DNA of 34,816 nt from the sequence record DRR378314_1717; one strand, written 5' to 3'. Position numbers and translations under genes: made by a program. Under the pieces are notes generated by a model. The model saw only the letters and a program-made list of their open reading frames with translations. It made no database searches and was not told where the DNA came from. Within the stretch, counting starts at the first letter, position 1; the number at the start of each line of letters is the position of its first letter. This document shows, piece after piece, positions 27,883-34,816 of the stretch.

Positions 27883-28662
27883 TTATTTGTTCACCCAGTT
27901 GGGTGTGCGTTTCTCGACAAAGGCGTTTACGCCCTCTTTGAAATCTTCGGTTTTGGCCAGATCGGCGATGACCTCGCGGGAATAAGCGATACTGTCTGCC
28001 ATGCCGTCGCGGACATACATGTCGTTCAAAACCCGTTTCGTTGCTTTCACCGCTGAGGGTGAGACGCTGCACAGTTGCTCTGCCTTTTCCATGGCTTTGC
28101 CCATCAGCTCCTCATGGGGATAGACCGCATTGACACAACCCATTTCCAAGGCTTCCTGTGCAGTGATGGTGCGACCTGTGTACATCATTTCCTGCGCTGC
28201 CAGACGCCCAACATAACGGGACAGACGCTGCACACCGGAAGCTGCTGCAAAGAAGCCAACCTTGACCTCGGGTAGGGCGAACTTGGCATTTTCTGACGCC
28301 AGAATAATGTCGCAGGACAGGGCGGTTTCAAAACCGCCGCCCATGGCAAACCCGTTGACCGCCGCAATGATCGGCTTTTCCAAAGTGAAGCGAGAGGACA
28401 ACCCGGCAAAGCCCATTGGTGTCATGGTTGCACGCGCGCCCCCTGCGGCTGTCGCCTTAAGGTCATTTCCGGCGCTAAAGGCCTTGTCGCCCGCGCCGGT
28501 CAGCACCGCGACCCAAAGATCCTGATCCGCAGCAAAGGCATCCCAACAATCGGCCATCTCATTGTGCATATCCACATGCACCGCGTTATAGACATCGGGC
28601 CGGTTCATGGTGACGACCAGAATATGCCCCTTCTTTTCGGTTGTGATGAATTCGTAGCTCAT
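27883..28662 (-). CDS. enoyl-CoA hydratase/isomerase (crotonase, CaiD-like)
   Basis: AFSAGNDLK, KPIIAAVNGFAMGGGFE, LPEVKVG and AFVEKRTPNW motifs. ATG 28662 overlaps the upstream stop. Confidence 0.92.
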   Translation of the reverse strand: MSYEFITTEKKGHILVVTMNRPDVYNAVHVDMHNEMADCWDAFAADQDLWVAVLTGAGDKAFSAGNDLKATAAGGARATMTPMGFAGLSSRFTLEKPIIAAVNGFAMGGGFETALSCDIILASENAKFALPEVKVGFFAAASGVQRLSRYVGRLAAQEMMYTGRTITAQEALEMGCVNAVYPHEELMGKAMEKAEQLCSVSPSAVKATKRVLNDMYVRDGMADSIAYSREVIADLAKTEDFKEGVNAFVEKRTPNWVNK

Positions 28663-29951
28663 ACTTTCAGCCCTCCGGTGTCGATTTCTGTAAATTTGCC
28701 ACCCCCGGCAGCCAGATCGCGCAGCGTGTCGGCAGGTGCAAATGCAGCGTCTTCCGCCCCCAGTTTTTCCATGCGTTTCAGCACAGCCTGAGCGCCTACC
28801 AAATCGCCATAAAACATCGGTCCGCCCTTGTCGGCAGGCCAACCATAGCCATTGAGCCAGACCACATCGACATCAGAAGGGCGCTGCGCCTTGTTCTCTT
28901 CAAGGATTTTCACCGCTTCGTTGATCATTGGATAAATGCAGATCTCGATGATTTCATCTGCGCTCATCTTGCTGGGTTCTGCCCCTGTAATATCGCGGAT
29001 GATGCCCGCCGTCACATCTGAAGGGACGGGGCGGCGGCTTTCGTCATAATCATAGAAACCCGCTTTGGTCTTCTGCCCGCGCCGGTCCAGCTCGCATAGG
29101 GCATCGCGGATTGGATTGTCGGTCTTGGCCCCCTTGGACCAGCCGATATCAAGCCCGGCAAGATCAGACATCTGGAATGGCCCCATCTTGAAACCGAACT
29201 GGTTTAATGCCGCGTCCACATCCCAGGGCATCACACCTTGGTAGACCAGTTTATTGGCCTGAATCTGGCGGGCAAACAGAATGCGATTGCCAACAAAACC
29301 GGGGCAGACACCCACCAATGTGGCAATCTTGTTGATGTTTTTTGCCAGCGCCATGGAGGTTGCGACGACATCATCCGCCGTATGTTTGGCGCGCACAATC
29401 TCAAGCAGCTTCATCACATTGGCAGGCGAGAAGAAGTGCAGCCCAATCACGTCCTCGGGCCGTTTCGTCATGCTGGCGATGTCGTTGATATCAAGGGCCG
29501 AGGTATTGGTTGCGAGAATCGCACCGGGTTTCATCACCGCATCCAGCTCGGTGAAAATCTTGCGTTTGAGGTCCATGTTCTCAAACACCGCTTCGATCAC
29601 TAGATCGCAATCGGCCAGATCGGCGATGGATAACGTGCCCTGAAACCGGCCCATGCGGGCCTCTACCTCATCTTGCGGAAACCGGCCTTTGTCCGCAGAG
29701 CGCTGATAGTTTCCACGCACCACGGCCAACCCGCGATCAAGACCCTCTTGCGAGGTGTCCACGATTTTAACGTCAATGCCGGTAGTGGCAAAATTCATCG
29801 CAATGCCGCCGCCCATGGTACCAGCCCCAATGATACCCACGGATTTCACAGGGCGTTTGGGTGTGTTCGCATCAAGGCCCGGCACTTCCCATGCGGCAGC
29901 ACCAGCGGCGGCAAGATAGGCACCGATTTCTTGATCGTCAGGGGTATTCAT
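28659..29951 (-). CDS. 3-hydroxyacyl-CoA dehydrogenase (C-terminal part of a PimF/EHHADH-type bifunctional enzyme)
   Basis: GIIGAGTMGGGIA, IEAVFE, ATNTS, GLHFFSPA and GFVGNR motifs, with two 3HCDH C-terminal domains; no crotonase domain. Confidence 0.9.
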   Translation of the reverse strand: MNTPDDQEIGAYLAAAGAAAWEVPGLDANTPKRPVKSVGIIGAGTMGGGIAMNFATTGIDVKIVDTSQEGLDRGLAVVRGNYQRSADKGRFPQDEVEARMGRFQGTLSIADLADCDLVIEAVFENMDLKRKIFTELDAVMKPGAILATNTSALDINDIASMTKRPEDVIGLHFFSPANVMKLLEIVRAKHTADDVVATSMALAKNINKIATLVGVCPGFVGNRILFARQIQANKLVYQGVMPWDVDAALNQFGFKMGPFQMSDLAGLDIGWSKGAKTDNPIRDALCELDRRGQKTKAGFYDYDESRRPVPSDVTAGIIRDITGAEPSKMSADEIIEICIYPMINEAVKILEENKAQRPSDVDVVWLNGYGWPADKGGPMFYGDLVGAQAVLKRMEKLGAEDAAFAPADTLRDLAAGGGKFTEIDTGGLKV

Positions 29952-31654
29952 ATTTGAGCCTCTTGTTTGTCCAGACAGGCCGCGCGGATTGCACGGCGGT
30001 CGATTTTGTCAGTCGCACCACGGGTCAGCACCTCATGCTGAACCCAAAGATGCGCGGGGATTTTGAATTGGGCGAGGTGCCCGTCAAGGAACCCGGTCAT
30101 CTGTTGACTGGTGAGAGCGGCCCCGCTGCGCAGTTGCAAAGCGGCGCCAACAACTTCGCCCAGACGCGCGTCCGGCACGGAAAAGGCGACAGCCTCCAGA
30201 ACATCGGGATGGCGGTGCAGCGCGCCTTCAACATCCAGACAAGCGATATTTTCACCACCACGGATGATGATGTTTTTCTTGCGATCAAGAATGGTGATGA
30301 ACCCCTCGTCATCCAGCACCCCCAGATCCCCGGTGCGCAGCCAGCCGTCTTGTAATGTCTCTGCTGTTGCCTCCGGCTGGTTCAGGTAACAGCGCATGAT
30401 ATGCGGCCCTTTCACGGTGATTTCGCCAAGCGTCCCGTTGGGTACATTCTTGCCGTGATCATCCAATATCCGCAGCTCCTGTACAGGCGGGTGCAGTTTG
30501 CCTGCGCTTTCGGGGCGGGCGCGATAATCGTCGCCAATCATGCCGATCCCCAATGCGTTGGTTTCGGTCATGCCCCAGCCGGTGGCGACACCCGCGTTAG
30601 GAAAGGCATCAGCCAGCTGCGCCACCTGTGCAGCAGGGCGTTTCGCGCCGCCGGAACCAAGATAGTCAATGCTTGGCAGTGTCTCGCCCATCTCTTTGGC
30701 CGCTTCCATCAGTTCAGCGGATTGTGTGGGCACACCCAGAAACCGGGTGATCTGGTTATCGCGGATCAGGCGTACCGCTTCCTGCGCGTCCCATTTGTGC
30801 ATCAGGGTGATCTTGGCACCGGCGGGCAGGCTCAGCAGGAACAAAGGGTGGGTGGCGGTGACGTGAAACAAAGGGGTCACCACCAGCGCAGAGGGGCGCG
30901 GCGGATCGGGTGCATCTGGGGCAGGCGGGTCGATCAGCGGGGCGATGACTGATTGCATCAGCCAGCTGAAAACTGCGTTGACTGCGCCGCGATGGGTTTG
31001 CACCACACCTTTTGGATGTCCCGTGGTACCTGACGAATACATGACGGCAAAATCATCATCAGTGTCGATGCTGACCTCAAGCGGCTGATCATTCGCTGCA
31101 CTGTCTCGTAAATGCGAAAAGCTGTGTTCTGTCTGACATTCCCCGTCACGTACACCGATCAGGGTCAAGGCCAATGACTCCTCCAGCGGTTTAAGCCGTG
31201 CGATACGTGGCCCATCGGCGAACACCGCCTTGGCCCCACTGTCGTTCAGTGCATATTCCAGCTCTTGGGTTGTCCACCATGCATTCACAAACACCACGAC
31301 GCCACCGATGGACGAAACCGCCAGTACCAGCATCAGCAGCTCGGGATAGTTGCGCATGGCGATCGCGACCCGGTCGCCCTGACCCATTCCCAATGTGTCG
31401 CGCATGGCATGGGCCAGACGATGTACTGATCTGGTGAAATCCTCGTAAGAATAGCTTTCGCCTTCATAGGCGATATATTCCAGCTGTCCCTCGCCATGGC
31501 GTGCCCCGCCGGCAGCCATCAATGCCGGCACCGTCGGGGGGATATTGCGAAAGGCTTTGACCGTAACGCCGCGAATATCGACATTGTCCACCGCAAACAC
31601 CGGATCCGTCGTCACCACGTGGCGGACTGCTTCTTCAGGCGTCATCGCTGTCAT
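29948..31654 (-). CDS. long-chain-fatty-acid--CoA ligase (class I adenylate-forming enzyme)
   Basis: MYSSGTTGHPKGV, PLFHV, GWGMTE, WLRTGD, DRKKNIIIRGGEN and ATDK motifs. Start uncertain (ATG 31654, TTG 31663 or ATG 31645). Confidence 0.88.
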   Translation of the reverse strand: MTAMTPEEAVRHVVTTDPVFAVDNVDIRGVTVKAFRNIPPTVPALMAAGGARHGEGQLEYIAYEGESYSYEDFTRSVHRLAHAMRDTLGMGQGDRVAIAMRNYPELLMLVLAVSSIGGVVVFVNAWWTTQELEYALNDSGAKAVFADGPRIARLKPLEESLALTLIGVRDGECQTEHSFSHLRDSAANDQPLEVSIDTDDDFAVMYSSGTTGHPKGVVQTHRGAVNAVFSWLMQSVIAPLIDPPAPDAPDPPRPSALVVTPLFHVTATHPLFLLSLPAGAKITLMHKWDAQEAVRLIRDNQITRFLGVPTQSAELMEAAKEMGETLPSIDYLGSGGAKRPAAQVAQLADAFPNAGVATGWGMTETNALGIGMIGDDYRARPESAGKLHPPVQELRILDDHGKNVPNGTLGEITVKGPHIMRCYLNQPEATAETLQDGWLRTGDLGVLDDEGFITILDRKKNIIIRGGENIACLDVEGALHRHPDVLEAVAFSVPDARLGEVVGAALQLRSGAALTSQQMTGFLDGHLAQFKIPAHLWVQHEVLTRGATDKIDRRAIRAACLDKQEAQI

Positions 31655-31677
31655 TGCAGCCAAAGGTTTACGTACAT
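31651..31677 (-). other. 8-codon upstream ORF (MYVNLWLQ*) overlapping the ligase start, or a frameshifted ligase N-terminus
   Basis: Minus strand reads GGGAGGGGGAACC-ATG TAC GTA AAC CTT TGG CTG CAA TGA. The TGA overlaps the ligase ATG as ATGA. Confidence 0.5.
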
Positions 31678-31771
31678 GGTTCCCCCTCCCAAGGTAGCCT
31701 TCGGCGCTGTCGCTTCAGGGAGCGCTGCCGACTCTTTGAAGGGAGACTAGGCAGGAAACCGGCCGGTGCCA

Positions 31772-31788
31772 ATACCGCACAACGGAAC
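31772..31788. promoter_or_regulatory. palindromic operator candidate (copy 3) upstream of the leftward beta-oxidation operon
   Basis: ATACCGC-ACA-ACGGAAC, resembling copies 1 and 2. Confidence 0.45.
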
Positions 31789-31862
31789 GTCATTCCATTT
31801 TTTTCATCACTTCAATAACAAGAGGGTCGTGGTATTTTTACAATTCGGCAAGTGTGACGGCA

Positions 31863-31918
31863 GGTCATAATACGGCTCGAGGCAGGCGGGCTGTGATCGC
31901 AACACCTGTATTATGACC
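31863..31918. repeat. perfect 11-bp inverted repeat with a 34-bp spacer
   Basis: GGTCATAATAC (31863-31873) and GTATTATGACC (31908-31918). Confidence 0.85.
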
Positions 31919-32027
31919 CGGCATTTGCACTGAGTGCTGGAAAAAACGACACCTGCGTCGTAACAAGAGTAGAATTTGACCAACTCATGTTTCTACTGAT
32001 GAAAAAAACGCCAAAGGAGTGTTCTGG

Positions 32028-34816
32028 ATGGTAGCCGGCTATCCCCTCACACCCCTTCAATATAGCATGTATGCCAGTTCGGCCCTGGCAAAACGCCCCT
32101 GGGAATACGTCGAGCAGATTGTGGTGCATGTCAGCTCTGAGAGGCTGGACAGCGCGGCAATGGCGCAGGCTTGGTCTGACCTGAGCAAAGCCCATCCGGC
32201 CTTGCGTAATGTGATTGGTGAAGGGGCACAGGGAGAGCTGTTTCAGCATGCCACGCCAGTAGTTCCGATACATCCTGAGGTGCAGGATTGGCAAGGCTAC
32301 GATCCGGCAGAATGCAAGGACGCCTTGCAACGGTTTCTGGATCAGGACCGCGCGGTGGGTATTGACGCCACCAAAGCGCCGGCCTTTCGGGTTGCCCTGT
32401 TCTGGACCGGCCCATCGGACTCCATTCTGGTATGGAGCTTTCCGCATAGTTTGCTTGACGGTCGCGCCTTTGCTCCTTTGCTGGATGAGGTTTTTGGACG
32501 TTACAAGCGGATCAGGGGGGGGCAGGAATGGGGTGCGGCAGAGGCACCGGCGGACGATATGTTCGAACGCCATTGTCGGCAGGTTGCCGCCATGGATCAC
32601 ACACCGGGCGAAGATCATTTCGCGCAAAGCCTGTCTGGCTGGGAGGGCAGCGCGGGTTTGCTGGAACCGGGGGGTGCCCCAACCCGCAAGCAGGAAGTGA
32701 GCGTTGATCTCACTCTCGCTCAGACCAAGGCAATTTCGCGCTTGGCCACACAGGCGGGGGTGACCAGCAGCACGGTGGTCTCCGCGGCATGGGGGATTGT
32801 ACTGGCCCGGCTGAGCGGTCAGCCCGAGGTTGTCTTTGGCGTTACCCGCAACGGGCGGCATCTGGTCGAGGGATCAGCCAATGCCGCGGGGTGTTTTATC
32901 GCAACCGTACCAATGCGGTTGCGGCTGGATTCGGCGCTGACCCTTGGTGTTGTACTGGAACAGCTGCGGGCAGAACAGGTTGCGCTGCGCCCGTTTGAAC
33001 ACACGCCGCTGACCAACATCAGCCGCCGCCTTGGGCTGGCCCCGGGACGGTCGTTGTTTGATTCTGTTCTGATGTTTGATTTTGGTACCTTGCAGGAACA
33101 GCTTCAGTCCTTTGGCGGGGCGTGGTTGGACCGGGAGGTCACCTTGCACGAGGAGGGTGATACGCCGGTTTCCGTGGCGGCCTATATGGGCGAGCGATTG
33201 AAGATCGTTGTTGAATACGATCCCGCACAGGTGCCGGAAGGGCCGCGCCTTGCAAAGGCATTGGTGCAGTTTCTGGCGGAGTTGGAAACGGCGACGCCTG
33301 ATACCGCTTTGGCGGCATTGGGCATGCTGGCGGCCGATGAGCTGGACAGCATTTTCCAACTGGCTGGTTCACCACATGCCACCGATACATCCATCACCCC
33401 TTGCATTGAAAAATTCGAACACATTGCCGCGCAGTTTCCTGATCAGATTGCCTTGACAGGGCCAGAGGTTGAACCGCTAAGCTATGCTGCGCTTGACCGG
33501 GCGGCGGATCAACTGGCGGCAAATCTGATTGCAACCGGTGTGCAACAGGGTGATGTCATCGGCATCTGCATGGCGCGGAGTGTCGGGTTTATCACTGCCA
33601 TGCTGGCAATCTGGAAATCCGGTGCGGCTTTTGTGCCGATGGATCCGGGGTATCCGAAAGCGACATTGGACATCATCGCCCAGGACAGTGGAGCGCGCTT
33701 TGTCCTGACCGACCGGTCGGCCCCGGCGCTTGATGCACAGATCTGCGATATAGCGACGTTGAATGACAAAGACGCAGTTATGTCCGAACGGCTGGACGTG
33801 CGCGGTGATGATCTTGCCTATGTCATCTTTACATCTGGTTCGACCGGGCGGCCCAAGGGTGTCATGGTTTCCCATCGCGCCTTTGCCGCCCATGCGGCGG
33901 CGATCATCCCGCATTTCGGTTTAACCCCGCAGGATCGGGTGTTGCAGTTTGCGGCCCTTAGTTTCGATGTGGCCCTTGAAGAGGTCGTACCAACCTTGCT
34001 GAGCGGGGCAACGCTTGTCCTGCGCAGTGACGCCATGGCGCAATCCGTCCCCGAGTTTCTGAACCAATTGGAATCCTTCGAGATTACGGTCACCAATTTG
34101 CCCACCGGTTTCTGGGTTGCGTTGACAGAGGTGCTTGATGCCCATGATGGGGTCTTCCCGGCAAATGTCCGGCTGGTGGTGGTCGGTGGAGAGCGGGTGC
34201 CGCTGTCGACGTTGAAACGCTGGCGCAGCCTGTTGCCGGATGTGCGTTGGGTGAATGGCTATGGACCGACTGAAACCACAATAACATGCACCACCCATGA
34301 GGTCAGCGATGTGGATCTGGCTGGTGACACTGTGCCCATCGGCCGGCCCCTTGCGCATGCCCGCGCCTGGGTTCTGGCCAAGGACGGCAGCCTGCTGCCG
34401 CAAGGTGCCGAGGGAGAGTTGTTCATTTCCGGTCCTGCAGTTGCGCAGGGATACATCGGTGATCCTACCCGCACCGAACAGAGTTTTGTCCAAGCGCAGT
34501 TCGCGCCCGATATCGGGCGCATCTATGGCACAGGTGATCGGGTGAAATGGCAGGATGGCGTCCTGCATTATCTGGGGCGCATGGACCGTCAGATCAAATT
34601 GCGTGGTTTCCGCATTGAACCGGGTCAGATTGAGGCCGCGCTGGAGATGCAGCCCGGGGTTGATCGCGTCCATGCGGATCTGTTCACGGCACCTTCAGGT
34701 CAACAGCAGCTTGTCGCTTGGTATTCATCGGCGGGGACGGAACAATTGCCCACAGCCTCAGAGCTGCAGGTCGCTATCTCGGGTGTATTGCCGCCTCAGA
34801 TGCGGCCGGTTCTTGT
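32028..34816 (+). CDS. non-ribosomal peptide synthetase (condensation + adenylation domains), 3'-truncated by the window
   Basis: Translated by hand from ATG 32028 after AAGGAG. C domain: YPLTPLQ, HPALR, WSFPHSLLDGR. A domain: YVIFTSGSTGRPKG, SFDV, NGYGPTE, GELFISG, TGD, GRMDRQIKLRGFRIE. All are in one frame that runs off the window end, so it is absent from the ORF track. Confidence 0.93.
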   Translation, partial: MVAGYPLTPLQYSMYASSALAKRPWEYVEQIVVHVSSERLDSAAMAQAWSDLSKAHPALRNVIGEGAQGELFQHATPVVPIHPEVQDWQGYDPAECKDALQRFLDQDRAVGIDATKAPAFRVALFWTGPSDSILVWSFPHSLLDGRAFAPLLDEVFGRYKRIRGGQEWGAAEAPADDMFERHCRQVAAMDHTPGEDHFAQSLSGWEGSAGLLEPGGAPTRKQEVSVDLTLAQTKAISRLATQAGVTSSTVVSAAWGIVLARLSGQPEVVFGVTRNGRHLVEGSANAAGCFIATVPMRLRLDSALTLGVVLEQLRAEQVALRPFEHTPLTNISRRLGLAPGRSLFDSVLMFDFGTLQEQLQSFGGAWLDREVTLHEEGDTPVSVAAYMGERLKIVVEYDPAQVPEGPRLAKALVQFLAELETATPDTALAALGMLAADELDSIFQLAGSPHATDTSITPCIEKFEHIAAQFPDQIALTGPEVEPLSYAALDRAADQLAANLIATGVQQGDVIGICMARSVGFITAMLAIWKSGAAFVPMDPGYPKATLDIIAQDSGARFVLTDRSAPALDAQICDIATLNDKDAVMSERLDVRGDDLAYVIFTSGSTGRPKGVMVSHRAFAAHAAAIIPHFGLTPQDRVLQFAALSFDVALEEVVPTLLSGATLVLRSDAMAQSVPEFLNQLESFEITVTNLPTGFWVALTEVLDAHDGVFPANVRLVVVGGERVPLSTLKRWRSLLPDVRWVNGYGPTETTITCTTHEVSDVDLAGDTVPIGRPLAHARAWVLAKDGSLLPQGAEGELFISGPAVAQGYIGDPTRTEQSFVQAQFAPDIGRIYGTGDRVKWQDGVLHYLGRMDRQIKLRGFRIEPGQIEAALEMQPGVDRVHADLFTAPSGQQQLVAWYSSAGTEQLPTASELQVAISGVLPPQMRPVL

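Noticed and set aside
31987-32030. Earlier ATGs (31987, 31999) as the NRPS start
   Set aside because: They are out of frame with the C-domain reading frame, whereas ATG 32028 is in frame and has an AAGGAG RBS.
31911-34673. Several minus-strand ORFs (316, 161, 145, 250 aa) in the right-hand 3 kb
   Set aside because: They are shadows of the plus-strand NRPS frame, which carries the canonical C and A motifs.
1-34816. CRISPR arrays, tRNA/rRNA genes, IS elements, integrases or tandem repeat arrays
   Set aside because: None seen by eye. Almost all of the sequence is accounted for by intact CDSs with short gaps. A computational scan was not possible.

Overview
The window looks like the start of an alphaproteobacterial extrachromosomal replicon, probably Rhodobacteraceae/Roseobacter group. 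This is inferred from gene content, not from a database search. It opens with a Rep_3 (RepB-type) replication initiator. About 30 kb of acyl-CoA/beta-oxidation genes follow: three acyl-CoA dehydrogenases, four SDRs, a thiolase, a 3-hydroxyacyl-CoA dehydrogenase, a crotonase, a MaoC hydratase, two MDR oxidoreductases, two CoA ligases, TesB, a serine hydrolase, two histidine phosphatases, an ACAD10/11-type kinase, an IclR regulator and a LIV-type ABC importer. They form two large convergent operons plus a small leftward group. An orphan 520-aa Lys-rich protein, with a peptidoglycan-binding-like N-terminus and a 57-residue uncharged segment, sits between the two operons. The window ends inside an NRPS gene (C-A domains, 32028 to the end) that the ORF track misses because it has no stop in the window. 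The best leads are a split ACAD10/11 / Lva-like 4-hydroxy-acid pathway, the toxin-like orphan, a shared operator-like palindrome at three intergenic sites, an 8-codon leader ORF or frameshift before the CoA ligase, an 11-bp inverted repeat ahead of the NRPS, and a possible non-contiguous operon. All calls come from reading motifs by eye.
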